63,647 nucleotides of DNA, filler included, from Candidatus Woesearchaeota archaeon (GCA_018399355.1; 16 parts of 16 records of this genome joined end to end with filler, not necessarily neighbours in it); one strand, 5' to 3'. Positions 1-10,837 are shown, counted from the first letter of the whole stretch. Notes: generated by a model not told the origin, from the letters alone. Translations and numbers: made by a program.

Positions 1-177
1 ATAAAATATATTTTACAAAATATAATAAAAAGTTTTAAACTAGAAAAGTTGAATAAAAGCGAGAACTAAATTTAGGACATTATGGAAAAACAAATAACAA
101 TAAAAGAGACTAGATAAATAAAAAAACAAACAAAGATAAGCTTTAAGAAATTAAAAAAATAAAAAAGTGAGAATTAA

Positions 178-888
178 CTATCCTACGTAGCTCATTGCTT
201 TCTTTTCATGACTTTCCACTGTTTGCTTACTTTGCTGCAATATGCTCTTTAACTTGTCCTCAAAGTTCTTTGCTGTCTCAATCAAAGGATTATAATCTAC
301 CTTAAGGTCAAGGTGCTTATCAAGAACCTTTATTATTTCTGCAGCTGCCTTGCTGTCTGGAAGTGCAGAATGAGCCTCAGCAAAAATGCAGGATATTGGA
401 AAATTTTCTGCCTTTAACAGTAAAGCAGAGCTCACCCCCATTACTATTCCTTCATTAAGAGGATTTAAACCTTCTTTTTTAAACTTTTTATCTTTTGCAA
501 GATTATTAGTATAATAAAAAGTCTGTGGATTTTCAGACATATTCGGAGAATTCACACTTTCAATGCTTATTATTTCTTTTGCATCAAGTTCTTTTGCTAT
601 TGACATAATTATATCAGATATCTTCCATTCAGAACCAGGAGAAGCAGTCATGGAATGAACTATAACAAGGTTATATTTTTTATTGTAAGATAAAGATAAT
701 GGCTCTACAATCTTTCCTTTGTGTATAGCAATCATTGCTGGCTCATCTTCAAGCAATACTCTTCCTATCTGTTCTGTTTTCAGATGGTCAATCAGAAATT
801 CGCAAGCTATTGTTCCCACTAAACCAAACCCTGGAAATCCCTCTATAATCACTGGTTTTTTTGGTTTTTTTTTAAGTTTAATCTTCAT
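178..888 (-). CDS. PAC2-family proteasome assembly chaperone
   Basis: N-terminal IIEGFPGFGLVGTIA and later PDSKAAA motifs; about 240 aa. Confidence 0.85.
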   Translation of the reverse strand: MKIKLKKKPKKPVIIEGFPGFGLVGTIACEFLIDHLKTEQIGRVLLEDEPAMIAIHKGKIVEPLSLSYNKKYNLVIVHSMTASPGSEWKISDIIMSIAKELDAKEIISIESVNSPNMSENPQTFYYTNNLAKDKKFKKEGLNPLNEGIVMGVSSALLLKAENFPISCIFAEAHSALPDSKAAAEIIKVLDKHLDLKVDYNPLIETAKNFEDKLKSILQQSKQTVESHEKKAMSYVG

Positions 889-975
889 TGTAACACCTCA
901 TTAAAAAAACTCTTTTATTTCTTTATATAGTTTTTGGTTAAAAGAATATAGCTATGTCTACAGTTTTAGATATAA

Positions 976-1092
976 TTATTCAATAAATGTAATAAGGCCA
1001 CAGTCATTGCATACTAATTCCTTTGTGTCCTTATTATACTTTATATTAATGCTGCCGCATTCAGGGCATTTTTTTAAAATTTTTTTATTCAT
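976..1092 (-). CDS. 38-aa stand-alone TFIIB-type zinc-ribbon microprotein (not in ORF track)
   Basis: Manual translation MNKKILKKCPECGSINIKYNKDTKELVCNDCGLITFIE*, with CxxC-x15-CxxCG. Confidence 0.7.
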   Translation of the reverse strand: MNKKILKKCPECGSINIKYNKDTKELVCNDCGLITFIE

Positions 1093-1124
1093 ATGAGTAT
1101 GAGAGTGAAATAACTTTAAAAACC

Positions 1125-2942
1125 TTACTCTATTTTCATTATTGATTCAAATATTTTCTCTTTACCTTTCCAATCAAGAACTTCTTTTAACACATCAATA
1201 ATTGTTTCAACTGGAATTACTTTAATTTTTGATACTTTATCCGGGTCTATTATTATATCTTTCATATTTGATTTTGGAACAATGACATTTTTTATACCTG
1301 CATCTATTGCTGCTTCAACTTTTGAGCTTACTCCTCCTATTGGAAGAACTTCTCCTCTTACAGACAAAGATCCAGTCATTGCAAAATCTTGTTTCACTGG
1401 AATGTTTTTAAACGCAGATATAACCGAGGTTGCAACAGCTATGCTTGCTGAATCCCCCTCTACACCCTCATAAGTTTGCAAAAACTGCACATAAAGATCA
1501 TAATTTTCCTTTATGTCCTGACCAAAATATTTCTTTATAATCGCTGAGACATTCTTTATTGATTCTTTTGCTATTTTTCCAAGTTGCCCTGTCGCAATTA
1601 TTTCTGTTTCTTTTCCTCCAGGTGTAACCTGCGACTCAATTGGTAAGATTATTCCAGAGTATACTTCTTCTCCACCAATAACAGCAAGCCCATTAACTCT
1701 TCCGACCTTGTTTCCTGTAGTTATAATAACATCATACTCTTTTTTCTGTTCAATAAATTTATCAGCTATTTGCTTTTCAAGTGTTCTTGATATTTTTTTT
1801 GCATTTTTAACATGTTTTTTCGTTACAAGCTTTGAGTTTTCTTCTTTTGCAAGGTCTCCTGCAGCCCTTATAAGGCCCCCAAGCTCTCTTAACCTTAAGG
1901 TTAAATGTCCTTTCCTGTTTGCCATTTTTCTTGCTTCTTCAATAATCGCATCAACTGCCTCAGAATTAAAGTGTGGTATTTTCTTGTCTTTTGAAACTTC
2001 CTGAGCAACGAAAATAGCAATTCTTTTACGATTTTCAGGGGTATCCTCCATTGTCTTTTTCATAAAAACTTCATATCCATAACCTCTTATTCTCGACCTT
2101 AGTGCAGGATGCATATGTTTTAGTGTTTCAAGATTTCCTGCTGCAACAAGAATGAACTTGCATGGAACAGGTTCTGTTCTTACCATAGCTCCTGCGCTGC
2201 GCTCACTCTGACCAGTTATAGGGTATTTGCCTTCTTGTAAAGAGGTTAAAAGCTCTTGCTGTGTTGCAGGCTGCAATGTTGCAATCTCATCTATAAACAA
2301 AACACCCATATTTGCCTTGTGTATCATTCCTGCAACAACCCTTTCATGGGGAGGTGTTCCTAATCCTCCGCTCTGGAAAGGATCATGCAAAACATCTCCC
2401 AATAAAGCCCCTGCGTGAGCTCCTGTTGCATCAAAAAAAGGAGACTGATTTTTTTTGAAATTATCAACAATAACCTTTGGAACGCTAACCTTAGGATTCA
2501 TTTTTTTTCCAAGATTCATAAATATGACAAATGCAACCAAGAAAGCCATGCCTCCAAGAAAAAATGCTGCGAACATTATATCTGAATTGTACTGCGATCT
2601 TACCCACCAAGGCATTATCATTGATATAATAACAAGTATAAACAGGATTATGTTCTGGCTTTTGAAAAGGTCTGTACTCTCAATCCTTGACTTTGAAACA
2701 AGCTCCCTTCCTTTACCTCCAGGCATTACCCTTATCAAAGGCTGATTTTCATCATCAGGATTTGGAAAAGAAACAACATCAACAAGCTTTTCTTTTGGCA
2801 GAAGCTCTGCAAGAGCCATTCCAAGCATTGATTTTCCTGTCCCAGGATCACCTATTAAAAGAACGTGTCTTCTTTGGTCAGCTGCTTTTTTTATAACATT
2901 AACAGCCTCATCCTGTCCAACAACTTGTTCTATAATCTTCTC
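1125..2942 (-). CDS. lonB: Archaeal membrane-anchored ATP-dependent protease LonB (5' truncated by contig end)
   Basis: Walker A GDPGTGKS upstream of the called start, two TM segments, FIDEI Walker B, catalytic EGDSAS and PIGGVSSK. Confidence 0.95.
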   Translation of the reverse strand, partial: EKIIEQVVGQDEAVNVIKKAADQRRHVLLIGDPGTGKSMLGMALAELLPKEKLVDVVSFPNPDDENQPLIRVMPGGKGRELVSKSRIESTDLFKSQNIILFILVIISMIMPWWVRSQYNSDIMFAAFFLGGMAFLVAFVIFMNLGKKMNPKVSVPKVIVDNFKKNQSPFFDATGAHAGALLGDVLHDPFQSGGLGTPPHERVVAGMIHKANMGVLFIDEIATLQPATQQELLTSLQEGKYPITGQSERSAGAMVRTEPVPCKFILVAAGNLETLKHMHPALRSRIRGYGYEVFMKKTMEDTPENRKRIAIFVAQEVSKDKKIPHFNSEAVDAIIEEARKMANRKGHLTLRLRELGGLIRAAGDLAKEENSKLVTKKHVKNAKKISRTLEKQIADKFIEQKKEYDVIITTGNKVGRVNGLAVIGGEEVYSGIILPIESQVTPGGKETEIIATGQLGKIAKESIKNVSAIIKKYFGQDIKENYDLYVQFLQTYEGVEGDSASIAVATSVISAFKNIPVKQDFAMTGSLSVRGEVLPIGGVSSKVEAAIDAGIKNVIVPKSNMKDIIIDPDKVSKIKVIPVETIIDVLKEVLDWKGKEKIFESIMKIE

Positions 2943-3042
2943 NNNNNNNNNNNNNNNNNNNNNNNNNNNNNNNNNNNNNNNNNNNNTTAATTAATTAANN
3001 NNNNNNNNNNNNNNNNNNNNNNNNNNNNNNNNNNNNNNNNNN
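2943..3042. other. Artificial contig linker, first of 15 (others at 5903-6002, 8494-8593, 36298-36397, 38871-38970, 41427-41526, 43955-44054, 46454-46553, 48916-49015, 51333-51432, 53555-53654, 55736-55835, 57899-57998, 60062-60161, 61957-62056)
   Basis: Identical N44-TTAATTAATTAA-N44 with stops in all six frames. Confidence 0.99.
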
Positions 3043-4272
3043 GATTAAAAGTATTGGAACAAACAAATTTAACAAAGAAAGAATCCTATTTTTCTTATAG
3101 ATTATATTGGTTAGTATTAATCCTAAAAAAGAAAAAATAATCCATGAATAACTACTCATTAAAGGAAAGTTAAGGTAAAGAGATTTTAAAAATTCATTTA
3201 AGTAGGGAAATAAGTTATTTGATACATAACTAAATGAATATGATTTTACAAATTTGTTTTTAACTATACTCTCTAAACCTGAAAGTAGTATAACCGGATA
3301 ATACAAGATAGTTATTAGTAGTCCTAAAAATATTGAGAATATGATAAAATTTTTTAAAAAATCCTTATCCAATAAATTAAACTTTTTTTCATAAATAATC
3401 CAAAGATAAACAATTATTAAAAAATAAATCATGGAGGGGACAGTGTAAATACTCAAAGCTAAACATAAAGCTAATAATAGCCAATTTTTTAAATCATCTT
3501 TATTCAATATTTCATTTACTATAATTATAGAGGCCATTGCAAAAAAGGCTATTATTGAATATCCTCTTGCTTCAATAGAATATTCTATAAAATATCCTGA
3601 GATTATTACAAAAGAAGACATCAATATTCCAATTTCCTTATTAAAAAATTTTCTTCCAATATAATATGAAATAAATATATTAAGGATTCCAAATATAAAT
3701 GCAGGCATTCTTATAGCTGCTTCAGAACTACCAATGATATCTGTTGATATTTTAACTAATAATGTATGGAAAAGATGATTGTTCGGGTATGTATAGAGGG
3801 ATTGAGAAATATATACTGGCCAAGAAGCATACCAAACATATGTGGAAGATTCATCTACCTTTATGGGTATATTCAAATAAAGAACTCTTACTAAGACACC
3901 TAAAATAATAATAAACAGAAACCAATAATGAGTTTTATTTTTTTTATAATCTTTTTTTATTTTCTGAAAACATTTTAGAATATTTTTTGCATTAATTCTT
4001 ATGGAAAACAGTTCTTTATTGAAAACAAGCAAAAATAAAAAAACTAAAAGCCAAATAAACGAAAAAACAATAAGTTTTGTTTGTATTCCAGAAAAATTTT
4101 CATAATCACAGTGTTCAATGGAACTGCCTCTTGGAAGATTTGATGTACAATATTCATTAATAAAAAAAGGAGTAAGATAAAAAGAGCATATTAATGAAAT
4201 TAAAGAGAATAATATCGTAACAAAATATAAGAAATATTTTAATTTATTTTCAAATATTTTTTCTTTCACCAT
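3043..4272 (-). CDS. GT-C fold (PMT/GT39-like) membrane glycosyltransferase, 3' truncated
   Basis: Multi-TM; VDE motif, YPNNHLFHT, RMP and EARGYS motifs. Confidence 0.75.
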
Positions 4273-4286
4273 CTTTTTAAATTTCT

Positions 4287-5006
4287 TTAGTCAACAAACC
4301 TATACATGAATATAAACCAGGCTGCTTTGATTCCATCTTTCCATGTTATTTTTTTTCCTTCGCTGAAATCTCTTGAATAATATTTTATAGGAACTTCTTT
4401 TATTTTAAATCCTCTTTTTAGTATTTTTGCTGTTATCTCTGGCTCAAAATCAAATCGCCTTGCCCTTAATTTTCCGACTTTTTCTAAAACCTCTTTAGTG
4501 AAGACCTTATAGCAGGTTTCCATGTCTGTTAGCTTGGTAAAAAATAAAATGCTTGTTATTAAAGTCAATCCCCAATTGCCCAAAGAGTGAAACATATAAG
4601 TAAGATGCTTTTTTTTGAGATGGCCTTTTTTTGATTTAAACCTTGAACCGTAAACAACTTTTGTTTTATTTTCAATTATTGGTCTGATTAGTTTAGGATA
4701 GTCTTCTGGATTGTATTCAAGATCTGCATCCTGGATAAGGATTATGTCTCCTGTTGCGTGCTCAAACCCTGTTCTCAGGGCAGTTCCCTTGCCCATGTTA
4801 ACTTTGTGGTAAAGCACTTTATGCTTTTTCTCGATTTTTTTCAGTATTTCCCTGCTTTTGTCTTTTGAGCAGTCATCAACAAGAATTATCTCTTTTTCTA
4901 TTTCTTTTCCATTAATTAGAGGAAGTTTTACATTTTCAACCTTTTTTAAAATCTTTAATAAGGTTTTTTCTTCATTGTAAACCGGAATTATAATTGAAAG
5001 TTTCAT
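4287..5006 (-). CDS. GT2 glycosyltransferase (DPM1-like)
   Basis: SIIIPVYNE, VDDCSKD, QDADLEY, TDMETCYK. Confidence 0.92.
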   Translation of the reverse strand: MKLSIIIPVYNEEKTLLKILKKVENVKLPLINGKEIEKEIILVDDCSKDKSREILKKIEKKHKVLYHKVNMGKGTALRTGFEHATGDIILIQDADLEYNPEDYPKLIRPIIENKTKVVYGSRFKSKKGHLKKKHLTYMFHSLGNWGLTLITSILFFTKLTDMETCYKVFTKEVLEKVGKLRARRFDFEPEITAKILKRGFKIKEVPIKYYSRDFSEGKKITWKDGIKAAWFIFMYRFVD

Positions 5007-5009
5007 ATC

Positions 5010-5900
5010 TTACACATCAAAATTTTGTTTATACCAGTCAATAAATTTTTTAATGCCTTCTTCTATCTTGACTTTTGGAGTGTATTTCAGCAGCTTTTCT
5101 GCTTTTTTTGTGTCTGCATGGGTTATTTTAACATCTCCTGACTGCATAGGCAACATGTTTTTTATTGCTTTTTTATTTAATTCTTTTTCTATGCATTCTA
5201 TGAAATAAGAAAGCTCTATTGGGTTTCCATTGCCTAAGTTAATTATCTCGTATGGAAAAGGATTGTCTATTGCTGCTATTATTCCGTCTGTGATATCTGA
5301 GATATAGGTGAAGTCTCTAACCATTTTTTCATTGTTGTAGATATCAATCGGCTCATTTTCTATAATCTTTTTTACAAATTTGAATAATGCCATGTCAGGC
5401 CTTCCCCATGGGCCGTATACTGTGAAAAACCTTAATCCAGTGCAGTTAATGTTGTAAAGGTGGTGATAAGTGTAGGCCATTAATTCATTTGATTTTTTTG
5501 TTGCAGCGTAAAGTGAAACAGGATGGTCAACATTATCATCTTCTGAAAAAGGAGTTTTTTCGTTATCTCCATAAACAGAGCTGCTTGATGCAAATACAAA
5601 ATCTTTTATTTTGTATTTTTTGGCCATCTCAAGCATGACCATTGTTCCTAAAATATTTGATTTTTCATATTCATAAGGATTTTCCAGAGAATATCTTACG
5701 CCTGCTTGGGCTGCAAGATGGCAGATTTTATCAAATTTATGATTTTTGAAGATATCTTCCATTGCATTACGATTAGAAATATCTGCTCTTATTACCTCAA
5801 GATTGTTTTGATTGTTAAGTTGTTTTATTCTGGCTTCTTTTAAGTTAATATCATAATAGTCATTGAAATTGTCTATTATTGTAACATTGTCTCCTCTCTC
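5010..5900 (-). CDS. NAD-dependent epimerase (UDP-glucuronate 4-epimerase-like), 5' truncated
   Basis: HLAAQAGVRYS, YAATK, RFFTVYGPWGRPDMA; frame stays open to contig end. Confidence 0.9.
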   Translation of the reverse strand, partial: ERGDNVTIIDNFNDYYDINLKEARIKQLNNQNNLEVIRADISNRNAMEDIFKNHKFDKICHLAAQAGVRYSLENPYEYEKSNILGTMVMLEMAKKYKIKDFVFASSSSVYGDNEKTPFSEDDNVDHPVSLYAATKKSNELMAYTYHHLYNINCTGLRFFTVYGPWGRPDMALFKFVKKIIENEPIDIYNNEKMVRDFTYISDITDGIIAAIDNPFPYEIINLGNGNPIELSYFIECIEKELNKKAIKNMLPMQSGDVKITHADTKKAEKLLKYTPKVKIEEGIKKFIDWYKQNFDV

Positions 5901-6002
5901 TANNNNNNNNNNNNNNNNNNNNNNNNNNNNNNNNNNNNNNNNNNNNTTAATTAATTAANNNNNNNNNNNNNNNNNNNNNNNNNNNNNNNNNNNNNNNNNN
6001 NN

Positions 6003-6645
6003 GATTTTTTCTTATTATCTTTATTATTTCTTTTAATTTAGAATCAATCTGCTTGAATTTTTCCTTGAATATATTGTTTTTAACAGAATCTTTCTTAAGA
6101 ATTTTTATTTCTTTCTTAAGCTCTGATACGCTGCTTTTAAAATCATCATCTTTAACAAACTCCTGTTTGATTTCATCAAGCTCTTTTTTTATTGATTTTA
6201 TGTCTTCTGTTCTCTTTTTCAGCCTTGCATCAAACTTGTTTTCAAGCATTCTGAATTCATTTAAATTAATTAGATTATCTTTTATCTCATTGAATTCTTC
6301 CCTTATATTCTTGGCATTTTTAAGCTCTTCTTCCATTGACTCAAAGGAATTTCTAAGCTTTAATGCTTCTTTGAGCTCTTTCTTGAGTTTTTCTTTTTTG
6401 GATATTTCCTCATCAAGGTCGTTGCATCTCTGCCTTAATGAATCAAAAGAGCTTTCAAACTCATTGATTTTTACAAATTCCTGCTCAAGAGCTGAAATTC
6501 TGTTTTTTAGATCTAAAGAAATATTTTTGTTTTTTTCTTTTAAAATATTAACATCTTGCTTTACAGCAGAAAAAGATTTTTTAAGGTTTCTATTAATAAT
6601 ATAAAGCTTATTTTCAATATCCTTAACCTTGTCCCCCAACTCCAT
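6003..6645 (-). CDS. Coiled-coil hypothetical protein, 3' truncated
   Basis: Heptad-rich K/E sequence; ORF runs into linker. Confidence 0.6.
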
Positions 6646-6703
6646 TATTAATTATAAAGTAGCAAACAATATATAAGCTTTTCTGTGGTGAAACATAGTT
6701 TTT

Positions 6704-7522
6704 TTAAAGGTCAATCGGGCTTTTTACCTTGTTTATGTCTGCTTTTGAAATATGAGTGTAAATCTGGGTTGTTTCTGGGCGCGAGTGGCCCAGAAGCTTT
6801 TGTATTATCCTTAAGTCTGTCCCATTTTCAAGCAGGTGAGTTGCAAAGCTATGGCGCAGAGTGTGTGGTGTTACATTCTTTTTTATTCCTGCTTTTCTTG
6901 CTGATTTTTTTATTATTTGCTCTATTGATCTTAAAGAGTATTTTTTATTCCTGTTGGTTTTGAATACAATGCCTTCCTTGTTGATATCAAGATGGTTAAG
7001 GGCTTTCTTTACTTTTGGAGAAAGCATTACGATTCTGTCTTTGTTTCCTTTTGCAAGCTTTATGTGGATGATATTTCTTTTGAAATCGATATCCTCCCAT
7101 TTTAGGTTTATTGTTTCACTTGCCCTCATTCCTGAGCTGTAGGTTAACATTATTATTGTTCTGTGGATGAAATTAGTTGTTGAGATTATCATGTTTTCAA
7201 TTTCTTTTTTTGAAAGAACTATTGGAAGCTTTTTGTCTCTTTTAAGGTTGGGTGTTTTTAAGATAATATTGTTTATTTCCTTGTTTTGTTTTGCTTTTAT
7301 GCTTAGGTAAAATTTAATTGCAAAGCCCGCAACCCTGATTGTTTCCTTGCTTTTTTTATTGTTTATTAGGCTTAAAAGAAATTCCCTTGGTTTTAGTTTA
7401 GATTCAACAAACTTGCCTACATGGAATAGGTAAGCGCTTTTTGTTTTCCTGGAATATCCCTTTAGTTCAAGCTCATCTGTTAATACTTTTTTCCAGTTAG
7501 AGTGGTCTAATATTTTTTCCAT
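6704..7522 (-). CDS. Tyrosine recombinase (XerA/IntI-like, N-terminal SAM-like domain)
   Basis: GYSRKTKSAY N-domain; catalytic R (GMRASE), K (AKGNKDR), HTLRHSFATH, LLGH, TTQIY. Confidence 0.95.
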   Translation of the reverse strand: MEKILDHSNWKKVLTDELELKGYSRKTKSAYLFHVGKFVESKLKPREFLLSLINNKKSKETIRVAGFAIKFYLSIKAKQNKEINNIILKTPNLKRDKKLPIVLSKKEIENMIISTTNFIHRTIIMLTYSSGMRASETINLKWEDIDFKRNIIHIKLAKGNKDRIVMLSPKVKKALNHLDINKEGIVFKTNRNKKYSLRSIEQIIKKSARKAGIKKNVTPHTLRHSFATHLLENGTDLRIIQKLLGHSRPETTQIYTHISKADINKVKSPIDL

Positions 7523-7535
7523 TTTAATGATTTAA

Positions 7536-8108
7536 TTAAGTTGCATTTAAGACATTCTCCCAAAATTTATCAGGATTGTTTAGTATTATGTGATTTTGCA
7601 AAGCCTGTTTTGCCACATTTTCCTGCTGTTGGTTTAGCATTAGCTTGAATTCTTTTTCTGTTATGAAAATAGGGTTTATTTTAATCTTGAATAAGATTTC
7701 ATATTTTGAAAATGGAATTGTTTTTTGGCCGTTTTTGTTTATTATCATTAAGTCAATATCACTCTTTTCTGTTTCTTTTTTCTTGGCGTAGCTTCCGAAC
7801 AAAACCACTATATCCTCTGTGTTTAGCTCATTGTGAATTTTTTTAATGATTGAATATTGATTTAGATACTCTTTCCTTTCTTCATCAGATGATATTGCTA
7901 AATATGATTTCAGTATTTTGTTCTGTGTGTTAAGTTTGATTACCTTGGATTTTCCTATCTTACTTATTGTCAATAAATCCCTTATTTCATTAACACTTCT
8001 GTAAAAGCTTGCATAAGGTATTTTAAGCTTTAAGCTAAGCTCATGCATAGTGAATTGCTTTTCAGGGTTCTTCCCAAGCCAGTTTATTATTTTTTGTTTA
8101 TTATCCAT
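7536..8108 (-). CDS. wHTH plus minimal nucleotidyltransferase (MNT antitoxin-like)
   Basis: N-terminal HTH; LFGSYAK...SDIDL motif. Confidence 0.85.
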   Translation of the reverse strand: MDNKQKIINWLGKNPEKQFTMHELSLKLKIPYASFYRSVNEIRDLLTISKIGKSKVIKLNTQNKILKSYLAISSDEERKEYLNQYSIIKKIHNELNTEDIVVLFGSYAKKKETEKSDIDLMIINKNGQKTIPFSKYEILFKIKINPIFITEKEFKLMLNQQQENVAKQALQNHIILNNPDKFWENVLNAT

Positions 8109-8127
8109 ATTTGGATAATATTATCCA
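8101..8127. promoter_or_regulatory. Palindromic operator overlapping the MNT start
   Basis: Perfect 16-bp palindrome TGGATAATATTATCCA (8112-8127) plus a third TTATCCA at 8101, next to a TATA-like TTTATATA on the minus strand. Confidence 0.6.
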
Positions 8128-8595
8128 CAATTGATATATAAATCTTTTGATTGATAAATATGTTTTTAGTTAGGGCCTGAGAGGCCTTGTTTTATTGTGT
8201 AAAGACTAGGCCAATGCTAATTAATAAACCTTTACTAGATTTTTTCGGAAGAATCCAACCCAAAACAAAATATATTCCGGCTTAATAATAGTTAAATGAA
8301 ATAATTTTTAGTGGCTAAATGTAGAAAGGGGGACAATCAAAACAAAAGAAAAAAGGGAGGGGCTGGTGCTACGCACATATTGGCTCACAACTTTGTTGTT
8401 CGAAATTTAATAAGAGGGGGCTTTTAGTCCTAACGGACATTTTGTCTTTTTCTGTGAAAAAGAGAAATTAATACAAAGCTTTAAGAATAATGANNNNNNN
8501 NNNNNNNNNNNNNNNNNNNNNNNNNNNNNNNNNNNNNTTAATTAATTAANNNNNNNNNNNNNNNNNNNNNNNNNNNNNNNNNNNNNNNNNNNNAA

Positions 8596-9231
8596 TCATA
8601 TAAAACTTTAGACAAATTGGTAAGCAAAGCAGATAAATTAGCATTTAACAGATTAGGTGAACTATCTAGAGATGGTTATATTGTTAAGTTCTTTGATAAA
8701 ATATCAAATATGATTGTTCCGGGATATGAAAGACAGACCCTTACCTTTCTTTGCGTTAGCGATGGAGAGTATGAAAATTATTCAAAGTCAAACAAGTTGG
8801 TAATACCAAACACAAACATTGATCTTTACAAAGATAATCCTCTTAACATTTTTGAAAATGGAAAAGAATCTAGAATGAAGATAAACAAAGCAAGAGACCA
8901 TGAAGGTATGTGTGTATTTAATAAAGATAGAAATGAAATAACACATAATGGTGTTTTTCTTAAAGTAAGCCATGATAAGAGTAAAGTTTATGGTGAGTTC
9001 AAAGTTGAGAATGATTATGAGCTTATAAAAAAAACAGGTTATCTCTATAACCTACTTAAAATTTATGGAGAAAATGCAGAACTTGGAAGTAAATCAAAGG
9101 CAATGCTTTATTTTTCAAAGGTAAATAATGCAACATTTATGAGATTTAACAATAATTGTTATATAATAAAAAAAGGAAAAGTGGTTTATTCAAAAAAACA
9201 TAGAGATTTTAGTTTGTTGTCTCTTTTTTAA
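8596..9231 (+). CDS. Hypothetical protein, possible degenerate DAC/DisA_N fold; probably 5' truncated
   Basis: HEGMCVF...THNGVFL and LGSKSKAM...YIIKKGKVV parallel the DAC DGA and GTRHRAA blocks. Confidence 0.45.
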   Translation, partial: SYKTLDKLVSKADKLAFNRLGELSRDGYIVKFFDKISNMIVPGYERQTLTFLCVSDGEYENYSKSNKLVIPNTNIDLYKDNPLNIFENGKESRMKINKARDHEGMCVFNKDRNEITHNGVFLKVSHDKSKVYGEFKVENDYELIKKTGYLYNLLKIYGENAELGSKSKAMLYFSKVNNATFMRFNNNCYIIKKGKVVYSKKHRDFSLLSLF

Positions 9232-9240
9232 GATTAGAAA

Positions 9241-10500
9241 CTAAGTCCCTTCTTCCCATGAAGCAAGATACTTCTTCTGTTCTTCGGTAAGCGTGTCTAT
9301 TTTTATGTTCATTGCGTCAAGCTGAAGGCAGGAAATTTCATTGTCTATTTCTTCAGGAAGGATTATAACCTTTACTGGAAGATTTTCCTTGTTTTTAATC
9401 AAATGTTCAACTGCCAATGACTGTCCGCAAAAAGACAAACTCATGACTGTTGATGGATGGCCCTCTGCAGCTGCAAGATTAACCAAGCGGCCCTCTCCTG
9501 CAACATAAATCCTTTTTCCGTTAAGAATATACTCATCAAGGAAAGGCCTTATCCTTCTTCCTTTTGCTGATTTTTTCAATGACTTTAAGTCAATCTCAAC
9601 ATCAAAATGCCCTGAATTTGCAATTATTGCTCCGTCTTTCATCAGTTTCATATGATCAACAGTGATTACGTTTATATCTCCTGTTAAGGTTATAAACAAG
9701 TCGCCTAATTTTGCTGCTTCCTTCATTGGCATAACTTCATATCCGTCAAATGCTGCCTTCATTGCCTGAAAAGCATCAACCTCTGTTACAATCACCTTTG
9801 CTCCAAGGCCTTTGGCTCTTAGTGCAACCCCTTTTCCGCAGTCTCCATATCCGGCAACAACAACAGTATTTCCTGCTATCAATAAATTTGAGGCTCTTAA
9901 AATTCCGTCCATTGTACTCTGGCCAGTGCCATAATAGTTATCAACTAAATGCTTTGTCTTGTTGTCATTAACCGCAATTATTGGATATTTCAAGGCATTG
10001 TCTTTTTCCATTGCTCTTAACCTTATAACACCAGTAGTTGTTTCCTCACAACCGCCGATTATGTCTTTTATAAGCTCTGGATGGTTTTTATGGATCTCAC
10101 TAACTAAATCACATCCGTCATCTATTGTTATGTTTGGCTTAAATTCAATGACTTTTTTTAAGAATTTATAATAATCTTCGTTGGATTCCCCTTTATAACC
10201 ATAAACATTAAATCCCTGATTTGCCAGGGAAGCTGCAACATCATCCTGCGTGCTTAGAGGATTGCATGAGCATATAGCAACCTCTGCCCCTCCTTCTTTT
10301 AGGGTTTTTACTAAAGCAGCAGTCTCTTTTGTAATATGTAAGGCCATTCCAATTCTTATTCCTTTCAATGGTTTCTCTTTTGCAAACCTTTCTTTAACTT
10401 TCATCAGGGCCTGCATCTGGTTTTCAGCATACTCAATATTCATATCTCCTTGCTCTGCAAGGTTAATATCCTTTACAGAATAGTTGTTGTTTTCATCCAT
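9241..10500 (-). CDS. ahcY: S-adenosylhomocysteine hydrolase
   Basis: SCNPLSTQD, DDGCD, EETTTG, DNYYGTGQS, GRLVNL, GHP. Confidence 0.97.
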   Translation of the reverse strand: MDENNNYSVKDINLAEQGDMNIEYAENQMQALMKVKERFAKEKPLKGIRIGMALHITKETAALVKTLKEGGAEVAICSCNPLSTQDDVAASLANQGFNVYGYKGESNEDYYKFLKKVIEFKPNITIDDGCDLVSEIHKNHPELIKDIIGGCEETTTGVIRLRAMEKDNALKYPIIAVNDNKTKHLVDNYYGTGQSTMDGILRASNLLIAGNTVVVAGYGDCGKGVALRAKGLGAKVIVTEVDAFQAMKAAFDGYEVMPMKEAAKLGDLFITLTGDINVITVDHMKLMKDGAIIANSGHFDVEIDLKSLKKSAKGRRIRPFLDEYILNGKRIYVAGEGRLVNLAAAEGHPSTVMSLSFCGQSLAVEHLIKNKENLPVKVIILPEEIDNEISCLQLDAMNIKIDTLTEEQKKYLASWEEGT

Positions 10501-10512
10501 TTATACCACAGC

Positions 10513-10740
10513 TTATTTTTTTTCTTTTAAGACCACTTTAAACCTTTTGTCTTTCTTTGCCTTTTCTAAGGTATAATCAGCTGCTTTAAGCTTGTTCTTT
10601 TCAGCCCACGCCTTAGCAGCATCCTCTGTGCTGAATGTTTTTGGCCTGCTTTTCTTTTTCACTGTATCAAGTGTCCTGTGATGTCTGAAATGAGAGTTCA
10701 ATCCTTTTTTTCTTTTTTCCCTTGTGTGCGTTTTTGCCAT
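10513..10740 (-). CDS. Small basic hypothetical protein
   Basis: 75-aa ORF with AGGTGG SD, co-oriented with ahcY. Confidence 0.7.
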   Translation of the reverse strand: MAKTHTREKRKKGLNSHFRHHRTLDTVKKKSRPKTFSTEDAAKAWAEKNKLKAADYTLEKAKKDKRFKVVLKEKK

Positions 10741-10837
10741 GTTTCCACCTGTTTAAAAATAATCCAGAATCTTAAATAGTACTGGTTAGAAAAAGGATTG
10801 CATAACCTCTTTATATTTCTTTTGCAATTAAAGATAA

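Noticed and set aside
8121..8129. Perfect DnaA box TTATCCACA
   Set aside because: Single copy in an archaeal context; better explained as half of the MNT operator palindrome.
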